The translations under genes and the position numbers were made by a program. DNA of 64,000 nucleotides, from positions 10,850,001 to 10,914,000 of the forward strand of contig OX597818.1 in assembly GCA_951406725.2 (NCBI GenBank). Reading direction: 5' to 3'. The notes below the pieces were generated by a model. It saw only the letters and a list, made by a program, of their open reading frames with translations. It was not told the DNA's origin and did not search any database. The DNA comes from Octopus vulgaris. Taxonomy: Eukaryota. Positions 1-14,448 of the stretch are shown here, piece by piece (the first letter of the stretch is position 1; the number at the start of each line of letters is the position of its first letter).

Positions 1-662
1 TCAGGGGCTCTTAGAATATTATTGTGAATCCCCAATTTACTATTTTGTTTTGTGGACCTTCCAAAATCTTACCCTGGTTGAGACCCACTGGGTTAGACAA
101 ATTTTTGTTATTGAGGCATTGTTTGTACAGCCAGATGCCCTTTCTTTCACAACATCTTTGCCTGTTTATAAGTTTAAGGATATTTTTTTGAAAGCATTGT
201 CTCTCAAATCCATTCACAAGACTTTGGTTGGCCCAAGACTTTTGTTAGCCCAAGTAGAAGACATGTGCCACACCATGGAATTGAACCCAGAAACATGTTG
301 GGAAGCAAGCTTCTTACCACACAGCCACACTTGTCTTTGTATCTGTTTGTCCCCCACCACCCACATCACCACTTGAAAACTAGTGTTGGTGTATTTACAC
401 CCCTTTAACTTAGCAGTTCAGCGGAAGAGACCAATAGAATAAGTACAAAGTCCTAGGGTCGATTTGTTCAACTAAAACCTTTCAAAGCCCTGGTCCAGCA
501 AATGACTGAAACAAGTAAAAGAATAAAAGGATATTAATGAATTTCCACTTGTATATTCAGTAAAAGGAGTATTCCTGCTATATGATAGCATGTGATAGCC
601 AATACCCATGGAGGAGCTTAGGAATGTGCGTTATAAGGTTATTACACAGGTGATGTTAAATT

Positions 663-709
<47 letters not shown>

Positions 710-787
710 ACACATGTATGCATTTATGTAAGTACATGTGTATCTATGTACATATGTGTGTTGTGTATGTATGTATATATCATGGGA

Positions 788-1100
788 TCACGTAACCGAC
801 CAGGCTATCAGATGTTGCTACACATCGCTGGTCACAATGCGCTTCACATTGTTTTAGCCTTCAAATGACGCCATCCTGTTGGCTAAGCGAGCAGGCCAAC
901 AGAAGAAAGAGTCAGAGAAAGTTGTGGCGAAAGAGTACAGCAGGGATCGCCACCGGGTGGTGGCGATCCCTGCTGTACTCTTCGTGGAGCTTTGGCTGTT
1001 TTTGTTCAATAAACTCTCACAACGCCTGCTCTGGGAATCAAAACTGCGATCCTACGACCACGAGTCTGCTGCCCTAACCACTGGACCATTGCGCCTCCAC
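788..1100 (-). mobile_element. tRNA-derived SINE (family B) carrying an internal inverted duplication
   Basis: Head GTGGAGGCGCAATGGTCCAGTGGTTAGGGCAG with A box and decayed B box. Near-identical to 18415-18723. Confidence 0.9.
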
Positions 1101-1380
1101 ATGTATGTATATATATGCATGTATGTGTTATGTGTATGTATGCATACACACATACATCCACATATGTATGCTTGCACACGACAACCTGCCTTGTGTTAAT
1201 ACCTCAATAAAGTGCATCTGCTACCATCTGTAAAGTGAATAAATTTAGAAAGGGCATCTGGCTAAAGAATCCATCTTACAATGGAATGTATGAGCCATAC
1301 TTGGTCCTCCAACTCTTCTTTTGGGGAAGAAACTTCAAATAAGCCTGTATTAACTGAGCCAGCTTATTCTGGAACGCAAA

Positions 1381-1705
1381 TGTAAAAATGATTACAATAG
1401 ATAGATATATGCGCATAAATAAATGCATATATGCGCACATATCCAGAGTTATTATTAAGAAAATCTAATTCAAGACATTCCAGCTGTGACTGTCTGGTTA
1501 TACATTGGACAATGTAATCTTCCTTTTAGATGTAAGTTTGAAAGTGGATGTAAAATGAGGACAATAGATAGATATATGTGCATGCATTAATGCATGCATG
1601 CACACATGCACAGTTATTGTCAAGAAAACCTAATTCAAGACATTCCAGCTGTGACCGTCCGATTATACTTTGGACAATGTATATTTTCTTTTATATGTAA
1701 GTTTG
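1381..1705. repeat. Diverged tandem duplication of about 165 bp
   Basis: acaatagatagatatatg...taattcaagacattccagctgtgac...ggacaatgtaat...atgtaagtttg occurs twice. Confidence 0.9.
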
Positions 1706-2537
1706 TGGTTTCGGGTGAAATTTAGCTACTATGTTTAGCATAGAGGCCTTCTCATTGGTTCAATGCAAACAAGTAAATAAATATGCTTGCTATCTAACAA
1801 TCACCATACACTTTATTCATTAACTCTCACACATACTCATGTATATTGCATACTCACACATGTACATACACTCTATATATATACATACATACATGCATAT
1901 ATATTTATATATATATACACACACATACACAATGATGCACACACAATCATGAACAATGTATAACTGTATGTGTGTAGGAGGTATGTTTGTTTTCATGAAC
2001 CATTGAGAGAATTTGGCAAGCGGTTGAGAACTGAATGCCTCTTGGCATCATTGAAATTGTCTGCATGCCAAAATGGATGTTAAAACCAAGCTGCATTCGA
2101 CACCGGATAAGCTGATCCTTACTAAGGAAGCATAACAGGATTTTCACAGTTTACTGTTATGGTAGTGAAAGCTTAGAGGAAGGAGAGTTAGGAAAGTGAA
2201 GACGGGGAAGGAGAGATTGCAGAGAGATGGAGAGAAAGAAGAAAAATAGAGAGGTATGGAGGTGGAGAGCAAGGAAAGAAAGAAAGAAAAAGATGAAGTG
2301 AAAAGGTAGTTATGAGAAGCTCAGAAATTAGTTTTGAAACTGAATAAAGGGCCATAACATGAACATGTGAATGTATGTATGAATGTGTGTGTGTGTGTGT
2401 GTGTGTGTTTGCATATACGCACACGTTCAAATAAATATACATTTATTTACATATTCATGATACAGGTTTTTATTCAATCTTAAACTAATGGTATACGAGT
2501 GTGCATGTGTGCATATATGCAAGCATATGTAGATTGT

Positions 2538-2579
<42 letters not shown>

Positions 2580-2929
2580 AAGAGAGAGCAAGAGATATTT
2601 ATATTGTAAATGCACACACATATACGCATGCATTTTACAAGAAATTGTATTATGCTGCGAACCTAGGTAAATAAATGTGAATATATTAATCGTAGTGAGA
2701 GATAAAGTTTGGTAAATGTGTGGGATGAGGTACGGTGTGATCTAGAATGTACAGGGATCATAGCAGTGGGTGTTGGGGGTCACATAAATAGAGGGGTGTG
2801 GGGTTTCTTAGGTGTGCATGGCAGATTTCATTCAAACCAGTTGTGGTGAGGTGTATTCTGGTTCTGACAATTGCATTCATCTACTCCAGCATACATGTTA
2901 TCTCTTAGTTTTTTGTTTTGCATCTTTCT

Positions 2930-3122
2930 ATCCTTTGACTGTGGCCATGCTGGGGTACCACCTTGAAGGGTTTAGGTCAAACAAATAACCCCAAGACTTT
3001 TTTTTTTAACCTAGTACTTAGTCTATTGGTTTCTCTTGATGAACTGCTAGTTACAGGGGTGCAAACACATCAACACTGGTTGTCAAGTGGTGGTGGGGGT
3101 GGGGGTAAACACATACAAAAAG

Positions 3123-3157
<35 letters not shown>

Positions 3158-3320
3158 GGACAGGGTTCTCTTAGCTACTGTCTACCAAATCCATTCACAA
3201 AGCTTTGGTCAGACCAAGGCTATGGAAGAAGACACTTGCCCAAGGTGCCATGCAGTGGGACTGAACCCGGAACGATATGGTTAGGAAGCAAGCTTCTTGC
3301 CACATAGTCACACCTGTACC
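2930..3320 (-). mobile_element. SINE family A
   Basis: Reverse complement of family A head and tail. Confidence 0.8.
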
Positions 3321-6300
3321 TATGTAATCGTGTTAATGGGGAGCCTCTTTGTGGTTGATTGACCTGCTAGAAATGGCACTCAAATCTTGTTCAGCTAACC
3401 TTCTGCTTTCTTAAACCTGAGGCATTTAAACCAACCATATCCAGTATACCCAAATATTCTCCCTGTTTCATGTTCAGACCAGCCAGATCTGGCCTCTCAC
3501 ACTTACCTTACAATGTCATACTAAAAATACACAATCACATTGTCAAAATCTCAAAGCTATGAGATAATGAATGATAAATTCAAAATAATGCAAATAGATA
3601 AGCATTACATTTGACAGAGTAATCTGAATGCTAAAGGGTTAGAAAAAAGGGGCTGACATTAGAATGTGGCATCCTGAGTCCAATCCACGAGGGTAAATGA
3701 GGAGATGGTCGCAACAATAAATATGGTGGCCAAATTTCCCTTAGCCCTTTAGCATTCAAACCGTCCATATCCAGCCCAAATAATCTCCATGTTTTATTTA
3801 TGTTCGAACTGACCAGATTCAGCCCCTCACTCCTACCCAACATTGCCATTCTAAACGTACAGTTATGTCGTTGAAATCTAAAAGCTACATGTTAAAACAT
3901 GAGTAATTCAAAATAAAGTGTGGTGCAACGTAAAATGCACTCTTGTCAGTGCCACATAAAAAGTACCTTGGGCATTCTGTAAAGAAGTTGACATTAGGAA
4001 GGGCATCTAGCGATAGAGATCATGCCAAAACAGACAATTGGAGTCTGACCAGCTTCTGTCAAACTGACCAACTCATGCCAGCATTGAAAACAGATGCTAA
4101 ACGATGATGATGATAGAATAATCTTAATGCCAATAGATTAACTCACATAATATCATCTCAAGAGAACATTTTGGCTGATGTGGCCCTTTGTTTATTGCAC
4201 ATGGGAAAAGTGGTGGAATGGCTACAGCTGTATGTCTTTTAGGATAGGGCTGCTCAATCAGAGTTGACTTGGAAGAAAACAATGACAACATATACACACT
4301 AAAAAAAAAAAAAGAATAAAAAGGAATAAGAAAACTTCTGATTTGTTGTAGGTCACCACTGATTAAACAACCTCTGTTCAAAGGCATTCTGCTCACTGTG
4401 GCAGTGAAAATACCTCGGGTGTTCTTGAACTGTAGAACATATCCCTGCTCATCACTATTGGAGCAGGAATGGTTAAGTGTGAACCCCTGTGAATCAGAGT
4501 GGCTGTTCCCTTGCAACTCTCTTGCCAGTCCTGTTTTTCATTTTGTCTGCTAGGACCAAGAGGCCATCTGAATTACAGGACATTGAGAGAATGTAAGAAT
4601 TTCATAGCTTAACTACATGAACAATGAACTTCTAGTCAAGACCATTCAGTTTTTTATTAGCAAATCTTTATTTTAAAACATGGGAATGTTAGCTGAGGGA
4701 ATGTAGCTGCTATTTCTAGCCAGCTGAGTAACCATGTAGAGGCTTCTTTGTTTTAGGAAACGGAAATCTATATTTGTATGTAATGAACTATTTCATTTTC
4801 AGGGTTAACTGATGTAAGTCTAGAAACCTATTTCTGTATAGTTATGTATAATTTGTCTGTAGGTTTGTTCGTATGTATGCTTATATGTGTATGTTGTGTG
4901 TGAGCATGCACATATGTGTATGTGTGTACATGCGTCTATGTCAGTGAATTTGTATTACATTTGCAGAACTGTGGTGACTTTAAGCCCGTTGCTGTATGTA
5001 TGTATGTATGTATATGTGTGTGTGTATGTATATATGTGTGTGTGTGTGTGTAATTCTGGCTGTGATGGTTTATATATGTGTGTCTTTCATGTGTGTAAAC
5101 GTTTGTCTACATGCGTGTGTTTATCTGTATGTGTGTGAATATTTGTCTGCTTGTGTGTGTTTTGTATGTAGATGAATTGCATTAGCAGAGCCATCAGAGG
5201 GGAGTTGAGATGGAGACCCATTGATTGGATGTGTGTGCGTTTGTCTCTTTGGAAGTAATGGGTGGGTGAGGATAGGGTGTAGCGTTCATATGTAACAGAA
5301 GGGGGAGTGGAGTAACATCTTATCCTGCTTCCTACCATAAGGGTTGTTTATAAGAGAAATGACATATAAAAAAAATTAGATAATGAATAAGAAGCTAAAA
5401 AAATATAAAACTATTGAGATTCTACCACCACCACCACCACCACCGCTCGCCCCATCTTCATTGAGATTATTTGGTATTGTTCTTTGTTATTGTTGTTGTT
5501 TATGTTGTTTTGTTGCTAATGTTGCGAATACATTCAGCAGTTTTGCAATTGTCATTCTTATAACAGTCATCATCATCATCATCATTACTATCCTACTACT
5601 GTTTTTAGGGGAAAAAGAAGTAGCAGTCTCCTTTTTTTTTCCTTTCATGACTGACACCATCTCCAACAACCATCATCATCATCACCTGCGATAACAAGGT
5701 AATTTATCTGAGATTGCTTAACTTCTAAGAAATAGCAGCCAAATCTCTCTCAAGTTACTCACTTCTATCTTAATCTTTTAGCATTCAGATCACTCTTATT
5801 GAAGCACATTGTTTTTAATTAATCATACATTAATTTTTAATTTTGAGATTTTGATGATGTGATTGTTTATTTTTAGACTAAACATTGCAGGGTAGGTGTA
5901 AGAAGCCAGATCCAGCTAGTTTGAGCATGAAACAAATAGAATGTTTGGGCCTGATCTGGTCAGTTTAAATGCTAAAAGTTTAAAGGGTAGTGTGGTCTTG
6001 GGTTTGTTGTGCATAGGAAAAAGTTGAGATGGTGATGACCAGATGCCCTACTTGATCAGGGCTTAACTGCAGGGCTAAATAATAAGTATTGCAACCATTG
6101 CTATCATCACTGAGTTTATGAGAGTTGTTAGATAAAGCAGCCAAATCTCCTAAAGTCCTAAATATTCCCACAAAGACTGGATGGTCATGGTTGAAATGTC
6201 TTTGATCATAAATAAGCTCAGTTTAATCAGTTGTCCTGGAGTTAAACAACATCATCACTACCTTACGAGCAAATACCTTATTGATATTAGACATTAAGTG

Positions 6301-7637
6301 AAGCCAATGAGCTGGCAGAATTATTTGCACTGAGGATAAAATGCTTGGCAGCATTTCATCCGTCTTGCTCAAAGATTCTGCCAATTCGCTTTCCTAATAA
6401 GGCATTTTGTCTAACATTCTTTGAGTCAATAATCCTACATTACATGCCATAATGACTTACTGCCACACACTACTTCATCATCATCATTGTTTAACGTCTG
6501 CTTTCCATGCTAGCATGGGTTGGATGATTAGACTGAGGACTGGCAAACCAGATGGCTGCACCAGGCTCCAACCTTATCTGGCAGATTTTCTACAGCTGGA
6601 TGCGTTTCCTAATACCAACCACTCCCAGAGTATAGTTAATGTCTAATATTAGTTTCAAATTTTTGGCTCAAGGCCAGCAATTTTGGGGGAGGGATTAAGT
6701 CAATTACATCGACCACAGTGTTCCACTGGTATTTATTTTATTGACCCTCAAAGGATAAAAGGCAAAGTCAACCTCGGCAAAATTTAAACTTAGAACCTAA
6801 AGACGGATGAAATGCTTCTAAGCCTTTTGCACAGCACGCTAATGATTCTGCTAGCTCACCACCTTCTATCTCTGACTACTTTATCAAACATACTCTGTTC
6901 TTTATTAAGATGGATGGGTGTGATTGTAGAGAGATTTGACTATCTGTTTTACCATGTCAAACTAAAGGTTTCTTTCATAGGCTCATCTGGTTTTTCTCAT
7001 TGGCTTAATTATGTTAATTCACTGGCTTTAGTATTTGAAAGCTAAGAAAACAAATTTAGTGCCAGACATCAGCCAAAATTACATGTTCATTTTCAACAGC
7101 TAGATATCCTGTAACTTAACAGTGTTATAAGAACTATAATTATGAATCTTCTAATTTTAATTATTTCTTCATCTTGATTAACTTCCAGACAAGTAGAGGG
7201 TATCATGTGACACGATCACATGACTGAACTATCTAACTTCATTCCTATGGTGCCATTTTGTCTCTGAAGTGGATTTTGGAACAAGTACTCATTAGCCCAT
7301 ACTCTGGCTTATATATACTCTGACCATGATGTGTACATATATAAAAACCATGATGACAATATGTGTATCTGTGTGTGTATAACATGTGGATATGTATCTG
7401 TACTTATGTATGTGTGTGTACATGTATATATTTGTCAGTATGTATGTATGAGTGATTTGTTTCATGTGTACTTGCTTCTTTCTGTCACATGATGTTGAGA
7501 GAGAGAAACACAGGATACACAAATACATATATGTGTTTGTATGTCTATGTACATGTATATATGTTTGTATATATGTACATATGTGTATATCTGTGCATAT
7601 AATAAAACTATATGAACTGTATGTATGTATGTATGTA

Positions 7638-7670
<33 letters not shown>

Positions 7671-7724
7671 ATGTATGTATGTATGTATGTATGTAGTTGA
7701 TATTATTGTGTATGCTGTTGATTA

Positions 7725-8925
7725 GACTTTTAAAATGTATAAGTTCTTCAAATTTGTAGTCCATCCCACTACTAAAACAAGCACTCAAAATACACAAAAT
7801 AATCAAAAGTAAAAGACAAAGTCCCTCAAAAAATTATTCCTCACAAGTGCCAAATTACCTTCCACAATTCCTACACTAACAGTCAAAAAGTGTGGCCACC
7901 CCAATTGCAGGACTTGCATCAATCTCATTGAAGACACAACACATAAATTCAAATCAGGACAAATTTTACCATAAAAAATCACTTGACATGTACTTCAAGG
8001 AATTTAATTTACGCTATCAAATGACAAGGATGTAATGAAGATTACATAGGTCAAATTAAGCTTACTCTAAGAAATAGACTGACCATTCACCGACAACAAA
8101 TACGAGACCTCAGTTCTAGACAGATTCCACTGAGTGGACACATAGACATATGTGCAAAAAGTAAGTCCCCCAAATTCCAGGCCTTCCCACTCTACCTATG
8201 TTCAGCGAATGCCACAGATGAAGCACAGATAAACAAAGAAAATACTTTCATACAAAAGTACAAATGAAGACTTAAACTTTAATAGAGTACATACACAAAT
8301 AGCTATTGCACACAAAACTCATTCTGCCACTTAACATGAAGAGCCTTCATAGCTAACAACATAAACTTTAGACACTGGACTACATGTAAACAACTCTTGC
8401 CCACTCTCCCACCAGACAGATTAAATTTGGAGTGCCTTGATTATAACTAAACATGATCATTCAACTGTGTTGGCCTTCTTTTTAGGTGCGAAATATACTG
8501 TCACATGACATTAATGCATGTTCATAGAAGGAAACATACTAATGGTTATAAACTTAATCAGGTGTTTACTCTCAACAAGCACTTGACAAAATATTCTGAG
8601 CATTGATTATTTGGACATGTTCAGTCATTTCTAAGATTAGTTACGTGACTATCCTCTACCAATCAAACCCTATTCAAAACATATACTAATTTGAGTCATG
8701 AACTCCCTGTAAAAATGAGACCAGCTTCAAACACTAGTCCGAAACAAGACAGTTGCAACATAAACCACATCTTTCTATTTGGACTTTTTGAAAATCAGTG
8801 TAAACTGTGAAACCAGTTAAAAAGCTTTAAATATATTAATAAAAAAATATTCTAACTATTCTCAGTGCATTTTCAACTTCTATTTTTCCTATATTTCTAC
8901 CCGTGTGGAATAAAATAACTTTGTT
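7725..8925 (+). mobile_element. Penelope-like element 3' remnant: decayed GIY-YIG endonuclease plus terminal region ending in (TA)n
   Basis: Translation gives VKKCGHPNCRTC...(frameshift)...HLTCTSRNLIYAIK*QGCNEDYIGQ...LRNRLTIHRQQIRD...PLSGHID...NKENTFIQKY. YIGQ is at 8043-8054 and a premature TGA is at 8022. Confidence 0.85.
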
Positions 8926-9770
8926 ATATATATATATACATACACACACACACACACATATACACATGCATAGGTAGACGACACAAACTTGCATAAAGCT
9001 TTGTGTGTAAATGTATGTGTGGGCATATATTTATGTGTGTGTATGTGTGTGTTTTGTCTCTGTCTTAAACATCTAGTGAAGATAAGGAGACACTAATGCT
9101 CTAACAGATATATTTACATATATATCTACATGCAACTACTACTATACATGTGTACATATTTATGTACTTGTGTTTACTCAAGATAACTTGAAATAGGATT
9201 ATTTTTGTAAGAAATTACGCCATGCTAAATATTATAACAGATATTTAAAAAGAAGCCTGAAGTGTAACTCCTGCCTTTGATGTAATAGTTTTTTTTTTCC
9301 ATTTCTACGTGTGTATATCAGAATTTGTAAATGAGTGCCTAGGATGCTGGAATGGCTGCTTGGTTAAAATGTATGCTTCTCAACCTCATGGTTCTAGATA
9401 TGATCATACTGTGCATCACCTTCAGCATGTCTTCTACAATAGCTTCCAAATTTTGACCAAGAAATTGTGAGTAGAATTCAGTAGAAACTTCTCAACAGTG
9501 AATTGTATACCTTCATATCTTTTATCATTTTACTTGTTTCAGTCACTAGACTGGAGCCATGCTAGGACACCACCTTGAATTTTTAGTCGAATGAATCAAC
9601 CCCTGCCCCTGTAGTTATTCCATCTGTCTTTTTAGCCAAACTGCTAAGTTGCAGGTACATAAACACACCAATACCAGTTGTCAAGTGGTGGTGGGGAACA
9701 AACACAGGCACAAAGACAGACCTAGGAAGACTGAAGCGAACTCCATTCTCATAGGATTTGACTTCAGAGT

Positions 9771-9998
9771 TTAACCCTTTCATTACCATATCCATTTAAA
9801 ATACATGGTCTTTGTTTCAATTAATTTTAAAATAATGAAGAATTTAGTAAAATAACATGATCATTATTAAACTGGTTTTTGGAACACAAATTAACATGAA
9901 ATTTTAATGAAAGGTTTTAATTTACATCACTTTAAAATAGTAAGTTGGTATGATAGAGGCTGGTGTGGTCTGAGGTGGGTTGGTATTAAAAGGGTTAA
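9771..9998. mobile_element. TTAA-flanked piggyBac-like MITE
   Basis: TIRs ccctttcattacc / ggtattaaaaggg, with TTAA on both sides. Confidence 0.8.
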
Positions 9999-11504
9999 AT
10001 TGATGAAAATGTTTAATGAGTGTAATTTTCTCTAATACTCTGCTGTACAGTCTTTCTGAGCAGAAAATTGTGAGCGTCATTACCCCATTATATGCAATGC
10101 AGTGTAGTCTTTGTACTGGCTTTCTACACTCTAAGTTCAAATTCCACTGGAGTCAATTTTATATTTTATGCTTTCAGAATAAATAAAATTTGAGTTCAGG
10201 ACTGTAAAAGCACTGGTTCATGATGCTTTATCTCGTCTGTTGGCTTTTTTTTTCGTGTAGATGTCAGTTGCCAGAAGTTATTATCTAACCATTTATACAC
10301 TCCATCCAACCTAAATTTGACCAGATTGGATTGTTAAGTCTTGCAACTAGCATAGATAAGCCAGCAACATTATGCTGAGGCTGTTATCCACTAGTAGAGT
10401 GATTCTAGCTAAATGCAAGCAGATGATATTAATTGCCTAAAAATTTATAATCTTAGAAGGGGTGGGGAGAAAAAAAGAAAAGGAAAGAATAACAAAATCA
10501 TATGAAGGATATTTTCTGAAGTTCATTATACTGTTTTGTGAGGCATAGACTGATTGCTAGAGCAAAAGAATTGATGCTGTGTAGAATATTATCAATTTTA
10601 AATTGAATTTGTTTTCAAAGTAGTCACATACAGAGATCTGTCTAATATGCCACTTATGTTGCACTATGGATGGATGAACATCAAATATATCACTTTAACC
10701 AATCTATGAGGATTAACTAAGGTCATTGGCATCTCCACTTCTTCCGCCTTACTAAATGATATTAAAGAAAGAAAGGAAAAAATGTATATTCTCAAGAACC
10801 TTTTCAATATTTTATAGAAAGTATACTCTTTTAACAAAGTTTATTAAAGTACACAGTTGCTATCTCAACTAATTTACTGTAGTTTATTATCAAAATGTTC
10901 AACATACATATTTATATAATAAGCATAATAAACACAAAGTTCTTTATTATCATTATTATTATTATTTAATTTACTGCAAAATTTATTATCAGTTTGATTA
11001 ACATGTTTATATGATAACTATCTTAGGTAACTGGTGTTGCTCTAGTACCTATACGGAGAGGTAGTTTTGTTGAAAGTAAACAGCTTATTACGAGATTTTT
11101 GTTTAGTTCTTTTTAAATTTGCATATGTGTACAAAAATACACATGTACATATGAATATATATATAACTTGGTTAAGGTTTTCTCTCTACAGATATTCTAT
11201 AGAAATTATAACCAGCATTGATTTACTGATTTTTGCTACTACGTTTGGTATACAAGACATCAGATATAAACAAATAATGAGATTGATGATGAAAAATGGG
11301 CAATGGTCACATGTGCCATATTTCGGGGGTTTTTACTCCTTCATCATCACCCATCTAACCCATTAATCATCCTCGAATACATTGCTTAGATACAAGGTAT
11401 TGACTTCTTAAAATGTTTAATATACTTTATTATTATGGTTGCATAACAAAATATCACTTACCTATAAGTCATTAATATATACACCCACCCACACACACAC
11501 ATAA

Positions 11505-11755
11505 GTGCAGGTATGGCTGTGGTAAGAACCTTGCTTTCCAACCACATGGTTCCAGGTTCAGTCCCACTGTGTAGCACCTTGGGAAAGTGTCTTCTACTAT
11601 AGCCTTGGGCCAACCAAAACCTTGTGAGAGGATTTGGTAGACGGAAACTGAAAGAAGCCCATCGAATTTGTATTTATATGTTTGTGTGTCTGTGTTTGTA
11701 CCCACACCATCGCCTGACAATTGATGTTAGTTTGTTTATGTCCCCATAACTTTAC
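11505..11755 (+). mobile_element. SINE family A, 3'-truncated
   Basis: Head and body match family A. Confidence 0.8.
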
Positions 11756-14299
11756 CAGGGACATAAAAATTTCAGGCCTCGTGTCTAGAGTAGAAAAGAA
11801 TATTCTGGGATGAGTTTCTGTTTGTATGAAAATTTTAGTATAGTTTTGTTGAAAAATCAGCATTGTTTGAAGTGTGTGTGTATTTACTTGTAGACACAAT
11901 GTTTTCTTTTGATAAATAAATATCAATAAAATAAGTATCAGATGGAAATAAGTAACCTGGGTTTATATGATTGAATACAATCCTTGAAGACAGTGCTCCA
12001 GCTTGGCCAAAGACCATTCACTGAAACAGAAAAAGAAGGGACTAACACTGAATAACACAAAATAAAAAATATAAAGAAATCTTGGAAAGATTAGATAGGA
12101 AAATGAAAACGCATTAACATTTATGACATTTTGTGTGTTCATATAATAAATAATAATAATTATGATGATGATGATGATGTTCCGGTTGTTTGGGGATTTT
12201 TATTTTTTTGTCAACTTTCAGAATTTTAAAACATATTTCATAAAACTTGTTTACATCGTATCAATTCATCAAAATACTCTCAAGTCAGCAGTAATTTTAA
12301 CTTTCTATGGTTTTAAATTTTTGCTTTTCAAGATTTTATAAGTTTGAATCATAAAATTATATGAATTTTTTGATCAATAATTTAAAAATTACTCTATAAC
12401 TTAAATAAATAAAAACTAAATTTGTTTACGACTAGTATGAACATTAACATCACTGTAAACATTTTTCATGACCATATTTCTAACAAGAATACACTGTTTA
12501 TGTGTTTAAGTTATTATTATTTTTTTATAATGAAGAATTTGGATTTTGGTAAAATAACTTTTTTGTCTTTTTCTTCCATATTTATTGGTAAATTAAACTA
12601 GCATTTTGGAACACAACTTAACAAAAGATAACTGTTTACCTGCTGAAATCCTGTGTTATTATTATTCATGTAATAATAAAATCGTTATTGATTTAAAAAA
12701 AAAAATTCAAATAACATTTTAGATGAATTGGTAACGTGACGCTTGAGCAGTCTTGGGCAAGCAGTTTTACTAGAGAGCTATTTATTGAGATAGAAACTAG
12801 AATCAAAATTTATCCAGCGAAACAAAATTCAGTAGCACTATGGTTTAACTTGTTTTAGCTACAATACCATCAAAATGTTCCTTTTTTTAAAAACCCTTTG
12901 GTGATTATATTATAATGAAATATACTGCCAGTGTGGAAAACAACTGAAGGGCCAGTGTCCCTTCTAAAGTAGGATTAGACTTATTAACCTCATGATAGTT
13001 TGTCTTCATTATGAAGGCATTTTTGAAGTAGTGTTTTGTGATTGACTACTTTTCTCACACTCAAGCCCTTTGGTTACCTCTTACTACACTAAAGGATATA
13101 TTGTATCAGATCTAGAAGTAAGGTTTCTCTTAATTTTGAAAATAATCAAGTATTTTGAATACTGATCTCAAAACACTGAACCTTACAAAGGAAGTGGCAG
13201 AAGACTGAGGTATGTGGTGCATTGCTGTACTCAAGAAAATGCACACACCACAACAGAAATGAGATCTTAAAACAACTACATTGTTGTATATCACTACTCA
13301 CTTTACAGAATCAACTGTAAATATTGCTTATGATAGACTGGTGCCCTAGCCAAGATCTAACTTAATTTGTATCATGTGAAATCATAGCTAAAACATTTGT
13401 GTTACTCAAAAAGCAGGGTCCTTAAGTGTCATGCTGGGGCAGGTGGGGGGAGTCATTTCCACAAGGTAATTTATTTCGCTACTGTAAAAAATGGGAACAC
13501 TGTAAGATTGATGAGTGTTTTGTTGATAACCAAGTCTACTCAGCTATAAATAGGCACCATGGGATGGGATAATTCTGTGGCAACCCTGTGGAATTGATGA
13601 GTGTTTTGTTCACATTTAAATTGAAATTTGCACTATTGCAAGATATAACCTTAGCAGCAGCACTGTGGGATTAAGTCTTTGTTGGCTTCAAATGTAAAGT
13701 TCGGTTTTCTCCCTTGAATTGGGTAAAGCTTATCTGGGGTAGACTAGCATCCTATGTATCCAAAATGAAATTTACCCCCCCCCCACACACACACACACTT
13801 ATCGCTACAGAACATTTAGATAGTCATTATTCACCCTATTTTGTTCCAACATTCTTTCCCTCCTTTCTGTGAATATTTCCAATTTGAAAAAAAAAAATAG
13901 TAAATAAAAAGGACTGGCGAATCAAAATGAGGTATAATGGCTTCATTCCTTCTTTCCATCACCCTCAAAACAGCACATTGCAAAAGGATCTGTTGGGGTT
14001 TCCTCTACCCAACTCTTCCATCACTTCAAGTTCTTCAATAGTCAATGAATCTCCATACACAGGAGAACATCCATAATCTTTGTTAAATCAAGCCCAATTC
14101 TGCAATCTAGTGACTCTCCCCACTACTCTTAAATAGGAGCAGTTTCCCTGACCCTGCCAACTTAACTGATCTATTTATTCCATGCTGTTTTTCATTTCCA
14201 ATTTCTTAAAATGTAAAAGAAACTCTCCTACCTTTTTTACCTTGCTGCCGCCAGCATCAGCAATACACCGGAAGTGGGTTTTTACATTTTATTTTTCAG

Positions 14300-14448
14300 G
14301 GTTCAACGATGGTTGTAATTATATTAAACTTACACATGCAGATTTATCAAGTTTATCAGTCTTGTTCAACGAAGTTGAGTCAAGTAATGGAATCAGTTTG
14401 CTCGGTTCAATTACAGAACTAGATAAGCTATCTAAATTGATTGGGTAG
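14300..14448 (+). other. Candidate exon (5'UTR or coding), with tandem donors at 14445 (GTAGGT) and 14449 (GTAAGC)
   Basis: Acceptor ttacattttatttttcag ends at 14299. The sequence is non-repetitive. One frame is open (GFNDGCNYIKLTHADLSSLSVLFNEVESSNGISLLGSITELDKLSKLIG) up to TAG at 14446-14448. Confidence 0.4.

Noticed and set aside
4124-4516. 130-aa minus-strand ORF and nearby AG/GT pairs (4351, 4553, 4803)
   Set aside because: Non-ATG start, runs through a poly-T tract, has no recognisable domain, and the splice signals are weak or inconsistent.
6533-6555. CTGAGGA followed by a CTGG/CCAG hairpin
   Set aside because: GAAA is missing after the stem; this is part of a family E retroelement.
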